DNA of 63,523 bases, counting the filler. It is 5 parts of 5 records of this genome, joined end to end, with 100 filler letters (N's around TTAATTAATTAA, not from the genome) between each part and the next. Parts side by side here need not be neighbours in the genome. Positions count along the whole stretch, not along the records: positions 30,474 to 55,535 come from SRR31156797_9365; 4 more parts are not named here. One strand, written 5' to 3'. The position numbers and the translations under genes are program-made. Every line of letters begins with the position of its first letter. Position 1 is the first letter of the stretch. Of this stretch, positions 33,998 through 43,686 are shown one piece after another. The notes under the pieces were generated by a model, which made no database searches, was not told where the DNA came from, and was given only the letters and a program-made list of their open reading frames with translations.

Positions 33998-34037
33998 AAA
34001 AGAGCTAACTGATTTAGAAAAGTCAGTTAGCTCTTTT
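33998..34037. terminator. Bidirectional terminator between guaA and xre
   Basis: AAAAGAGCTAACTGA / TCAGTTAGCTCTTTT perfect 15-bp inverted repeat. Confidence 0.8.
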
Positions 34038-34050
34038 GTTGTATAAATAA

Positions 34051-34557
34051 TTATTTTTTATCAGCAGCTCTTTCTGCACGAAGAGCATCGAGTTTTGCCT
34101 TGGTTCGTTTAGCCTCAATGCGAGGATAGTTATAACGCCAGTAATCATATTCATCTTTGGTGATTTCATCAAATTTGAGTTTACTGGATTCTTTATACCA
34201 AGCGTTGAGCATTTCAAACATAGAAAGGTAGGTATGTCCTTTGGTTTTATCAAGTGTCAAGCAAATCTCTCCATCTATATTGTTTATTTGTAAACCATAT
34301 AAATCTTCAAGAGTGAACAAAGTATGCATAATACCGTCATAACTTTCAATGTCTGGAACGTCCAATGCTTTCGGGTTGACATCAAAGACTTTGGCGATTC
34401 TATTGAGTATATCTTCCTTTGGTGTTCTTTTACCTGATTCATACTGAGCTATACGTACATCAGCGTTTTTTTCATCAAAGTCAATACTCATGCCTAAGTA
34501 TTTTTGTGTTATATTTCGTAGTTTACGATGAAACTTAATTCTCTCGCCAGTTGCCAT
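34051..34557 (-). CDS. XRE-family HTH repressor
   Basis: GERIK..R....TQK.LG...RIAQYESG.RTP; start at MATGER supported by GGAG RBS. Confidence 0.9.
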   Translation of the reverse strand: MATGERIKFHRKLRNITQKYLGMSIDFDEKNADVRIAQYESGKRTPKEDILNRIAKVFDVNPKALDVPDIESYDGIMHTLFTLEDLYGLQINNIDGEICLTLDKTKGHTYLSMFEMLNAWYKESSKLKFDEITKDEYDYWRYNYPRIEAKRTKAKLDALRAERAADKK

Positions 34558-34589
34558 AATAATTACTCCAATCAATTGTTTGCGAGACA

Positions 34590-34679
34590 AGTATAGCATA
34601 TACGTTTAATAAATGTCAATAAATAAAATAAATATGTTTATTAAAAATACTTGACAAGAACATATATAGTTAGTATAAT
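34590..34679. promoter_or_regulatory. Divergent sigmaA promoters (xre leftward; leader-xis-int rightward)
   Basis: Plus strand: TTGACA (34651) - 17 nt - TATAAT (34674). Minus strand: TTGACA (34619-34614) - 18 nt - TATACT, with extended TG. Confidence 0.85.
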
Positions 34680-34689
34680 GTGTAAACTA

Positions 34690-34920
34690 TAGCGAATACG
34701 CTAGATAACCTTGATAACTGAATAGTGCAGCCAATCAGATATCGGTACGCTCTTAAAAGAGATCGCTTCCCCGGAGGGGTGGTGCATAGCAGGGATAATA
34801 ATATCCGCCGTAACGAGAATACGCGTCTTGATCAAACAAGGTCGGAGGTAGGAACGGGATTGGGAGAAAGCATAAAAATAAAAGCCGAGCTCGACATATA
34901 CTCCGGGCGTGTTTGGCACA
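34690..34920 (+). ncRNA. Candidate structured leader RNA upstream of xis-int
   Basis: GC-richer than flanks; several nested stems found by eye; lies between the promoter and the xis start at 34996. Confidence 0.5.
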
Positions 34921-34995
34921 AATCTATTTAAAAGGGGGGAATTTATGTAATTAGGGATAAAAGAACTGACAATACAAAATGAAAGGAATTAAATC

Positions 34996-35193
34996 ATGAA
35001 TAATAAAACATTTTTAAGAGTTAGCGACGTTGCAAAAGAACTGGGTGTATCAGAGTCATATGCCTATAAGATGATTAAAAAGTTGAACCTTGAATTGAGC
35101 GAAAAGGGTTATTTGACAGTGCCAGGAAGAGTAAACAGAAAGTATTTCTGCGAAAAGGTGTGCTATGGAGACTATAACGAAAGCGAGGAGTGA
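34996..35193 (+). CDS. Excisionase-like HTH DNA-binding protein
   Basis: FLRVSDVAKELGVSESYAYK.I; AAGGA RBS; overlaps the integrase start. Confidence 0.85.
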   Translation: MNNKTFLRVSDVAKELGVSESYAYKMIKKLNLELSEKGYLTVPGRVNRKYFCEKVCYGDYNESEE

Positions 35194-36263
35194 GTATGGG
35201 GGTATATAAAGAAGCCGACACAAACACATGGCGAGTTATCTATCGATACACTAATTGGATGGGTGAGCGAAAGCAAACCAGCAAAAGAGGTTTTTCAACA
35301 AAAAGGGATGCTCTTGCTTGGGAACGTGAACAGCTACAAAAGACCAAGGCTAATTTGGATATGACTTTTGAAAGCTTCATTGAGACTTATAAAAATGATA
35401 TGAGAAATCGACTAAAAGAAAATACGCAGGAGATGAAGGCTCATATTATTCGAACTAAACTTCTCCCATACTTTGGAAAACGTAGAATGTGTGATATACA
35501 GCCTACAGATATTATAGCATGGCAAAATGAAATGATGGACTACAGAGATGAAAAAGGTGAGGGTTTTTCACCAGTTTATCTGAAAACGATACATAACCAG
35601 ATTAGTGTGATTTTAAATCATGCAGTTAAATACTATGGTTTAGCGGTTAATCCTGCAGCAAAGGCTGGAAGCATGGGGAAGAAGAAAAGCAGAGAAATGC
35701 TGTTTTGGACAAAGGATGAATATCTCAAATTTTCAGATGCAATGATGGACAAGTCGGTATCATTTTATGCATACGAGATGCTGTATTGGTGTGGAGTTAG
35801 GGTAGGAGAATTACTTGCACTAACACCTGCAGATTTTGATTTTTCAAAGTCTACGGTAAGAATTAATAAATCATATCAGCGGATAAAAGGTAAGGATGTA
35901 ATTACAGAACCTAAAACACCAAAAAGCAATCGGACAGTGCAAATGCCTGATTTTCTAGTGGAGGAAATGCAAGAGTATTTATCATTAATATATAAGATTG
36001 AACCTACAGACAGAATATTTCCAATTACTAAGAGTTACATGCATCACGAGATGGATAGAGGTGCGAAACAGTCAGGAGTAAAACGAATTCGAGTACATGA
36101 CTTAAGACACTCGCATATATCACTGTTGATAGATATGGGTTTTTCAGCTATTGCCATTGCAGATCGTGTCGGACATGAAAGTATTGATATTACATATAAT
36201 TATGCTCACATGTTTCCGTCAAGGCAGATAGAAATGGCTAATAGATTGAATATAGAACGCTAG
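35190..36263 (+). CDS. int: Tyrosine site-specific integrase
   Basis: Arm-binding N-terminus (KRGF.TK.DA); catalytic G.R.GE, K, HDLRHS, GH, Y residues intact. Confidence 0.95.
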   Translation: MSMGVYKEADTNTWRVIYRYTNWMGERKQTSKRGFSTKRDALAWEREQLQKTKANLDMTFESFIETYKNDMRNRLKENTQEMKAHIIRTKLLPYFGKRRMCDIQPTDIIAWQNEMMDYRDEKGEGFSPVYLKTIHNQISVILNHAVKYYGLAVNPAAKAGSMGKKKSREMLFWTKDEYLKFSDAMMDKSVSFYAYEMLYWCGVRVGELLALTPADFDFSKSTVRINKSYQRIKGKDVITEPKTPKSNRTVQMPDFLVEEMQEYLSLIYKIEPTDRIFPITKSYMHHEMDRGAKQSGVKRIRVHDLRHSHISLLIDMGFSAIAIADRVGHESIDITYNYAHMFPSRQIEMANRLNIER

Positions 36264-36278
36264 AAAGGAGGTTTCAAT

Positions 36279-36617
36279 ATGTCAGTAAAAGTAAATGACA
36301 ACAAAGGACGTTGGAGAAATAAGGTAGTGGCATTTCGTATGTCACAGGAAGAAAATGATGAATTGGATTTCAGGATTGAACTATCAGGATTGAGCAAGCA
36401 AGACTATTTAATTAAGCGATGCTTGGAACAGGATATCGTAGTTCTTGGTAATCCCAGAGTGTATAAAGCATTAAGGGATAGTATGGATATGATTATTGAT
36501 GAACTTAAACTGGTTTCAGAAAATATTCTATTAACTGATGAACTGATGGATAAAATTCATTTGATAACTACAATTATGGACGGATTATCCAAAAAAAATT
36601 CCTATCCAGATGGATAA
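36279..36617 (+). CDS. MobC-like ribbon-helix-helix mobilization accessory protein
   Basis: R.R.K.VAFRMS.EE...L......SGLSKQDY. Confidence 0.7.
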   Translation: MSVKVNDNKGRWRNKVVAFRMSQEENDELDFRIELSGLSKQDYLIKRCLEQDIVVLGNPRVYKALRDSMDMIIDELKLVSENILLTDELMDKIHLITTIMDGLSKKNSYPDG

Positions 36618-36724
36618 GAATTTTTAGATAATATTACAACAAAAGAGCTGTATATATAATTTCTCACAAAGATAGTATATCACAGCTCCCTGGTTGAATT
36701 CAACTATTAGAAGGGAGTATTTTA

Positions 36725-37723
36725 TTGAACAAATTCTTCGAATTAGTAAAAGAAATGGACGAAGATAATGAACTAAGAATAATAAATATGGAGGATGTTG
36801 CAGCCCTCAAAATTGATTGGTTATGGTATCCGTATATACCTTATGGAAAGATAACCATAGTACAGGGTGATCCAGGAGAAGGTAAAACAACTTTTGCTCT
36901 GCAGCTCGCTTCTTTGTTAAGCAAGGGGGAGACGTTGCCCTGTGTCGGCGAAGAAAATAGTCATGCTAGTCCTATCAATATTATTTATCAATCGGCAGAG
37001 GACGGGTTAAATGACACCATAAAGCCTCGATTACTTGATGCAAATGCTGATTGCACAAAAATTAAAGTCATTGATGAAACAAACTATTCATTATCAATGG
37101 CAGATGGAAGATTGGAACGTACAATTCAGGAAACTGGTGCAAGACTTATTGTACTTGACCCATTACAAGCATATTTAGGTGCAAGTGTTGATATGCATAG
37201 AGCCAATGAAATCAGACCTATACTTAAGCAATTTAGCATGATAGCAGATGAGTACAATTGTGCAATTTTATTAATCGGACATATGAACAAATCTAAGGGG
37301 AATAAATCTACTTACAGAGGGTTAGGCTCGATAGATTTTCAAGCTGCTGCACGCAGTGTACTGATTGTTGGAAGAATTAAAGACAATCCCCGAATCAGAG
37401 TAATTGCTCATGGTAAAAGTTCTCTTGCACCAGAAGGGAAATCAATAGCATTTGAGCTTGATGAGAATAGTGGATTTTCATGGATAGGGCATTATGATAT
37501 TTCAGTAGATGATTTGTTATCTGGAGGTACTAAGGAAAATAAGATAAACATGGCTGAGAAACTGATTGAAGAGATGCTTGAGGATGGAGATATTGAATAG
37601 AAGCTTATTCTGGACAAAGCAACTTCATTAGGTATATCAAAACGAGTATTAGACGAAGCAAAAAGAAATCTATCGGTAAAATCAAAGAAGGCAGGCAACT
37701 GCTGGTACTGGACATTGGGTTAA
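36725..37723 (+). pseudogene. RepA-type AAA_25 helicase/ATPase with premature TAG at 37598-37600
   Basis: WLW.PYIP.GK, GDPGEGKT, LDPLQA, GHMNK; frame continues 40 codons past the TAG (GISKRVLDEAK...WYW) to TAA at 37723. Confidence 0.8.
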
Positions 37724-37730
37724 CGATTCA

Positions 37731-37866
37731 AGGTTGCAAGGTTGCAACTATATAAGAACTTGCAATGTTGCAATGTTGCTTCAACACGTTAAAGTGAGAG
37801 TTTTGTTACTTTTGTAAAAAGTAACGCAAAAGCACTTTCGGCAGGTATGCCAAAAGATGCTTTGCG
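37731..37866. repeat. Putative origin/oriT region upstream of the relaxase
   Basis: Repeated GTTGCAA units (37731-37779); GTTACTTTT/AAAAGTAAC inverted repeat; GCAAAAGCA...TGCTTTGC hairpin. Confidence 0.55.
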
Positions 37867-37923
37867 GTCTGTCGACGGCTTAGTTGGTTGTCGCTAAATA
37901 AATAATTAATGGAGGTATAAATA

Positions 37924-39063
37924 TTGGAACGTAGTATCAGCGCAATGGTCGGAAAAGGCTCAGTAAGCCATAATACACGAAGCTTCATAGCAGACAATGT
38001 TGACGCTCAGCGTACACAGGGTAATGTTGTATTCTGCAACGATAATATAAAGCAGGTTTATGCAGACTTGTTTGGTGATGCTCTGCAGAAATTTAATGAT
38101 AAACAGACTCGTCGTGACAGAATTATACCTGATTACTATGAAAAAATCAGAAAGGGTAAACAGGAAAAACTGTTTTATGAAGTTATATTTCAAATCGGTA
38201 ATAAGGAAGATATGAATGCAAGAGATGAAAATGGTGTACTTGCGAAAACAATCCTGACTGAGTTTATGGATGGCTTTCAAGAGCGTAATCCGCATCTTAA
38301 AGTATTCTCAGCTCATCTGCATATGGATGAGGAAACACCACATCTGCATATTGATTTTGTACCATTTACTACAGGCAGCAAGCGTGGTTTGGAAACCAGA
38401 GTTTCATTAAAAAAAGCTCTTGCACAACAAGGTTTTGTAGGTGGTTCCAGAAGTGAAACTGAATGGAATAAATGGATACAGGCTGAAAAAGAAGAATTAT
38501 CAGCTGTTATGGAACGCCACAGCATTAAGTGGAAACAACTGGGTACGCATAACACTCACCTTAGTGTACTGGATTATAAGAAACAGGAGCGTACTAAAGA
38601 GATTACAGCTCTTGAAACAGAGGTAAATCGTATTGAGTCTAAGCTTAAGGATTTGCAGGACAGCGAAGAATATGTCAGCCTGAATGTAGATAAGTACTAC
38701 ACAGGTGCAGAGTGGCAAGTTCCTGCTGTAGCACCTATGATGAGTGCCAAGGGCTATAGGGAAAGGCTGGTTATACCGCTTGTAAATAATCTCAAAGCTG
38801 TTATAAAAACAGTTGTATCACAATACCTGCAGCTTAAAAATAGCTACAAAGAACTGATGCAGAATGTTGGCAATATGAAAAAAGAGATTAAATCACTAAA
38901 TAATCTCTTTGAAAGGGCAATGTTTGAAAGAGGTCAGTTCGAGAGAAGGGCTGAGGATTTGAACAAGCTGGTTGATGTAATCGGCAAGGATAAGGCAGAA
39001 AAGATATTAAACAAATCACTGCCTGAAACAACTAGGACAACAAGACGGGGGATGGAGCGATAA
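37924..39063 (+). CDS. MobV/Pre family relaxase (plasmid recombination protein)
   Basis: HN.R N-terminus; HLHMDEETPHLHIDFVP HUH motif; coiled-coil C-terminus; GGAGG RBS. Confidence 0.9.
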   Translation: MERSISAMVGKGSVSHNTRSFIADNVDAQRTQGNVVFCNDNIKQVYADLFGDALQKFNDKQTRRDRIIPDYYEKIRKGKQEKLFYEVIFQIGNKEDMNARDENGVLAKTILTEFMDGFQERNPHLKVFSAHLHMDEETPHLHIDFVPFTTGSKRGLETRVSLKKALAQQGFVGGSRSETEWNKWIQAEKEELSAVMERHSIKWKQLGTHNTHLSVLDYKKQERTKEITALETEVNRIESKLKDLQDSEEYVSLNVDKYYTGAEWQVPAVAPMMSAKGYRERLVIPLVNNLKAVIKTVVSQYLQLKNSYKELMQNVGNMKKEIKSLNNLFERAMFERGQFERRAEDLNKLVDVIGKDKAEKILNKSLPETTRTTRRGMER

Positions 39064-39089
39064 GCTCCTCCCCAAAAAAGGAGAATATA

Positions 39090-39428
39090 ATGAAAGCTAA
39101 AGAATTACCGATATACGAATATTCAGAGGGAAATGACCTTATATATGAATTAGGTGATGAGGATATTTACTATCCGATTATTTATGTAGTTAGTGCGGAG
39201 AAAAACTGCAATAAATCAGTTAAGGCTAGGACAAAGCTGGAATATATGAAAGAGCATGAGCTGGCATACTATGTTGAGCTGGTTGGGCAAGGAATATTAG
39301 AGGAACATATAAAAAAATACTTAGCACAACTTAATGAACTGGCAAATCAGATATTTTCTGAAATGGATATTCAAGATGCAATGGGCAGATTAATGGCTGA
39401 AGAAATAGCGAGAGATCACTTGCTGTAA
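39090..39428 (+). CDS. TnpV-like protein
   Basis: LIYEL....YYP, YMKEH...Y..L...G.L..H and MAEEI pattern of transposon TnpV proteins. Confidence 0.65.
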   Translation: MKAKELPIYEYSEGNDLIYELGDEDIYYPIIYVVSAEKNCNKSVKARTKLEYMKEHELAYYVELVGQGILEEHIKKYLAQLNELANQIFSEMDIQDAMGRLMAEEIARDHLL

Positions 39429-39770
39429 TTAAAGAAATTGCCGCTGGCAGCTAATACTAGCGGCAAAATTAATTTTTTGATTATATTTTCAGAGTGTATA
39501 ATATGCAATTTAGTAATTTTGCTGAAAACCGAGAGAAAATAATATTTTGTACAGCTTATGTGTACGGCATGCTGTACGTGGGTGATGCACGAAAATCAAA
39601 AGATTATTACTTGGTAAAATTGCGTGCTGTACATAGCTGTCATACAGGGATTTAAGCGAAATCACACAAATTCGTGAGTTTTATTAATCATAATGAATTA
39701 TTATACGAAATCTAATACTGCTGGACTGCCTTAGGGTAGTTCCAACAAACATTAAAAAGGAGTTTGCAAA

Positions 39771-40546
39771 ATGAAAAATACAAATATAATACCAATTATA
39801 AATAACAAAGACGGTGCGGAAAAAACTATTACAGCTGAGACAACAGCGAGCATACTAGCTGAAAAAGGATATAAGACATTGCTGCTGGACTTGGACCAGC
39901 AGGCTAATGTGACTGCAGCGGTAGGAGTGAAACCGACAGAGGGTATGCTTACAATATATGATATATTCTTTGAGAATAAGAATATCGATGATGTGGTTAT
40001 GGAAACGCAGTTTGATAATCTATATCTGATTCCATCATCTGGAGCATTTGTATCTGCACTGTCAAAGCTGACAGTTTAGATGATACCAGATAAGGATAAC
40101 ATCCTAAATCGTGCAATAAACAGCAGTGAGCAGGAGTTTGATTTTATAATTATTGACTGCCCACCTGCGCTGGACCATATAATTACTAACGCAATTATGC
40201 CTGCGACAAATATTGTGATAGCAACATCACCACGTAAGTTTAGCACAGATGGTATTAAAAGAATTATGAAATTCATTAAGAACTATGAGCCATATATGAC
40301 AGAGTTTAAAGGGTTCGGTATCCTGATAACAATGCATGAAAAACGTAGGAATGTTATTGATGGTGTGGTCAAATCAATTAAGCAGAATGAGTATCTGAAT
40401 GTATTTGATGCATTGATTGCTAAATCAACTGCTGTTGAGCAATCAGCATTTGCAGGTGTACCAATCAATCACTTTAATCCACAGTGTCAGGCAGCGTGAC
40501 TTATGCAGAATTTGTTGACGAACTGATTGAAAGATACGCTGATTAA
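39771..40546 (+). pseudogene. parA: ParA/Soj ATPase pseudogene
   Basis: Altered Walker A (KDGAEKT), DLDQQAN, IIIDCPP; in-frame TAG at 40077-40079; frameshift at ~40496 before TYAEFVDELIERYAD. Confidence 0.85.
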
Positions 40547-40609
40547 ATAGCACAACACATGGACTGCCCTAAGGGCAGTTCGTGAAATGAACAGAAAGGA
40601 TTATGATAT

Positions 40610-41419
40610 ATGGCAAAACAAAAAATAGATTTTAACAATATGGATTTAGGATTTGATGATATGAGTTCGGAAAAAGAGCATGAATTAATCTACAAAAAGG
40701 TAAACATTAATCAGCTGGACGAGAACCCAGAGAACAGTAATATATATGAAATAGATAAAGAAGCGGATGAGTTTCTAAAAGCGGATATTGGACGTAATGG
40801 TATTCTCAATCCAATAGTAATAATAAAGAGCGAACTACACTTTGGAAGATACATGATAGTTTCTGGTCACAGGAGAACCAGGATTGCAAAGGAACTAGGG
40901 ATGCATGAAATAGAAGCAAGGGAGATAATAGCCAAAACACCAGAGGAAAAGGTGTTTGCTAAGATAATGCTTATTACAGCTAATTCAACACAAAGGGATA
41001 GGAAACCATCTGAAAAAGCAAGAGAGGTGCAATACTTAAAATCTTTGGTGCAAAATAATAGCGGCATCGATAACATTGCTAAGTGGATAAGTAATGCGAC
41101 GAAAATGTCAGAGCGTAATGTATACAGATATGAAAAGTTTGCACAGCAGCCGATGGAAATGCAGGAGGCTGTTGATAATGGAGAGTTATCTGTTAAGCAG
41201 GCGATTGGGGAAATAAAGAGTAATAAAGAGAATCCAACATTTGCTGACCAGATGGAAATTGAAGTGTTAAAACTAGCGACAAAGGTAAATAAAAGTGTTG
41301 CTGCATTAAGGAAAATGAAGAATGAAAATGGAGATGATTATTTGGATGAAGAATCTGAGATATGCTTAAAGGGGGCGATTGAGACATTGAAGGAATTGTT
41401 GGTTGATTTAACAATATAG
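40610..41419 (+). CDS. parB: ParB N-terminal domain partition protein
   Basis: NPEN..IY, GILNPI, IVSGHRR, TANSTQR; follows parA. Confidence 0.85.
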   Translation: MAKQKIDFNNMDLGFDDMSSEKEHELIYKKVNINQLDENPENSNIYEIDKEADEFLKADIGRNGILNPIVIIKSELHFGRYMIVSGHRRTRIAKELGMHEIEAREIIAKTPEEKVFAKIMLITANSTQRDRKPSEKAREVQYLKSLVQNNSGIDNIAKWISNATKMSERNVYRYEKFAQQPMEMQEAVDNGELSVKQAIGEIKSNKENPTFADQMEIEVLKLATKVNKSVAALRKMKNENGDDYLDEESEICLKGAIETLKELLVDLTI

Positions 41420-41658
41420 TTTATATGGACTGCCCTCGGGGCAGTTCGACTTTTGCGATTGCATTAAAATTAGTAGATGATTTAGCTGATAAGTAAAAAT
41501 GATTAATTCTAATGTAAATTATCTTTTGCTTTAAAATTAGAACGATAATAACCTTATAACATGATTTATAGGCTAAATTTAAAAAAGAACTTTAATTTGT
41601 GCTCGTAAGTATTGAAAAAACATGATTTATATGCTGAATTTAAAAGGGAGTATATGAA

Positions 41659-42428
41659 ATGAAATATTATGAGGAACTTGCAAAGTTACAGTGCTTTTCT
41701 GTTGCACAAGTTGAGCAAATGATTGGTACTACAGCTAGCGCAAAAAACTTAATATTAGACTACAAACACAAAGGATATGTTGAATCAATAAAGCGTAATC
41801 TTTATGTGCTTATTAGCTTGGAAACAAAACAGCTTGTTGCAAATAGGTATAAAATAGCATCAAGTATAACAGAGAGCTCATATATTTCACACCATACAGC
41901 TTTTGAATACAATGGGTGCGCAAATCAGGTTTTTCATGAGGCTTATGTTTCTAGCGATAAGAAATTTGCTAATTTTGAATATGATGATATTACCTATTAT
42001 TATGTCGCATCACGTTTAAATACAGGTATTTATATCAAAGAAAATGGTGTCCGAGTGACATCAATTGAACGAACTATTATTGATTCTATAAATGATTTTG
42101 AGAAAATTGCTGGTATCGAGGAATTATTGTGGTGCATAGAGCTTATTCCTTATGCAGATGAAGATAAACTGCTGGATTTTTTAAGGCAGTATAATAAACA
42201 AATATTATTTCAGAAAACAGGTTATATTTTAGAGCATTATAAAAAGCAGCTTCGACTGTGCGATAATTTTTTTCAGAGTGTCAAAAAGGTATTAAGGATA
42301 GTGTTCGATATTTATACAAAGGTCTTGAGCATACTGCAAACATATATAATAAGGAATGGAAATTAATAGTGCCTAAAAACCTTATGCAATTAATTACAGA
42401 AGGAGATATTTTCGATGCCCCAGTATGA
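41659..42428 (+). pseudogene. abiEi: AbiEi-type antitoxin/regulator, frameshifted at T7 run
   Basis: YISHHTAFEY.G and VRVT..ERTIID motifs; +1 T at 42267-42273 restores a YNKEWKLIVP C-terminus ending at 42428. Confidence 0.75.
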
Positions 42429-42447
42429 TAAAAGGATATTATCCCAA
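42415..42447 (+). pseudogene. Probable 11-codon 5' stub of the cognate AbiEii toxin
   Basis: AGGAG RBS, then MPQYDKRILSQ overlapping the restored abiEi stop; interrupted by an IS end at 42448. Confidence 0.5.
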
Positions 42448-42945
42448 TGGCGTGACCCCCAATCCTTGTACCAGTTTAAATGTTAGTAAAATATGATAAA
42501 ATACTAACAAAGGAGACAGAGAAATGGGACGAAAAAACTACACAGCAGAGAATGCTTGGCATCTGTGGTAAGAAGAAGATTCAGGAATAATGACATAATT
42601 GAGATATTAGCTGAACTGATGGTTAAGCATGGAACACCTGAGTATCTACGTAGTGATAATGGTAGCGAGTTCACAGCAAAAAAGCTAATGAAATGGCTAT
42701 CAGATGTTAATGTCATAACTACATTTATTGAACCGGGTAGTCCATGGGAAAACGGCTACTGCGATAGTTTCAACTCTAGAATGAGAGATGAGTTTCTTAA
42801 TGGAGAAATATTCGGCAACATATTCGAAGCTAAGGTTTTGACAAAAAGATGGAAGGACTACTATAATACTATTAGACCCTACAGTGCTCTTGGTGGCAGA
42901 GTTCCTGCTCCACAGAGCATTACCATAAGTGCATTGGGAGTATAA
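42448..42945 (+). mobile_element. Internally deleted IS3-family remnant
   Basis: Left end TGGCGTGACCCCC...GTACCAG; orfA start MGRKNYTAE fused to an orfB core (RSDNGSEF, PGSPWENG, YNT.RP.SALG); no right end seen. Confidence 0.85.
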
Positions 42946-43029
42946 GTCTTCCTTAAATTCACATTGTCATATAACATTTTTTGGTGTAAAATAATTCTTG
43001 AATTATAAAAATTTGAGATACTAGTGTAG

Positions 43030-43230
43030 AAAAAGATTATTAAGCGCTATTATCCCATTATATATCTATGAAAATATTTAGAAAAGTGAGTATGTAATTA
43101 AACAAATCAAACGTATGATAATTTGGTAATAATATTAGTAGATGATTATTCTGAAGATTTAAGTGAAAAATTTGCGATAGGTTGGTCGAGGAAGATTAGA
43201 GAATAGTAGTTATTCATAAGAAAAATTCTT
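43030..43230 (+). pseudogene. Decayed GT2 glycosyltransferase fragment
   Basis: Broken frames read LLSAIIPLY, NQTYDNLVIILVDDYSED, RIVVIHKKN. Confidence 0.65.
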
Positions 43231-43686
43231 GTGAAAGTTCATTTCGGAAATCTAATGTTAATATTATTAAAGGAGCATATCTTTATTACTCTGATTATTT
43301 GGAAGAAATGTATTCATATTCTAATTTGATTTTAGTATTCAAGACAACGATTGTAAAGTAGCATTGATACTGTTCATAACTACAAATTAACTTATAAGTA
43401 TATTGAAACATGGTGTCCGGATAAGAATATTTTTAGTCGATATGTTTGCAATGGTCAAGAAAATTTATTCACAGAGTTTTAGGGAATTTGGAATATTTAA
43501 TTTAAATTACACGAAACCTAGACACTTGATTTAAAAATGAAATTTTGGTATTTTATAATAAGTATCGTTCAACATACCTAATAGATATGAATAAGAGATA
43601 GTTTGTAAAGGTGGACAGTTCCCTATTAGTATTAAATCAATTTATAAAGGTAATTTGTTGTTAAAAGAAAGCGAAAATATTATATA

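Larger units (their letters stand above)
39723..41447. repeat. Three palindromic repeats flanking parA and parB (candidate parS/operator)
   Basis: GGACTGCCTTAGGGTAGTTC (39723), GGACTGCCCTAAGGGCAGTTC (40561), GGACTGCCCTCGGGGCAGTTC (41427). Confidence 0.8.

Noticed and set aside
34725-34931. 68-aa ORF (and the antisense 72-aa ORF) in the xis leader
   Set aside because: No RBS, no recognisable domain; the region is better explained by RNA structure.
37598-40079. Amber recoding or pyrrolysine read-through explaining the in-frame TAGs in repA and parA
   Set aside because: TAG is the genuine stop of guaA (after canonical EWE), int and parB on the same contig. parA also has a frameshift and a damaged Walker A, and no pyl genes are visible. 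Decay is the simpler explanation.
39723-41447. Palindromic repeats as a CRISPR array or integron attC sites
   Set aside because: Spacing is ~840-870 bp with whole par genes between; no cas genes; no attC RYYYAAC/GTTRRRY ends; the integrase is not IntI-like.
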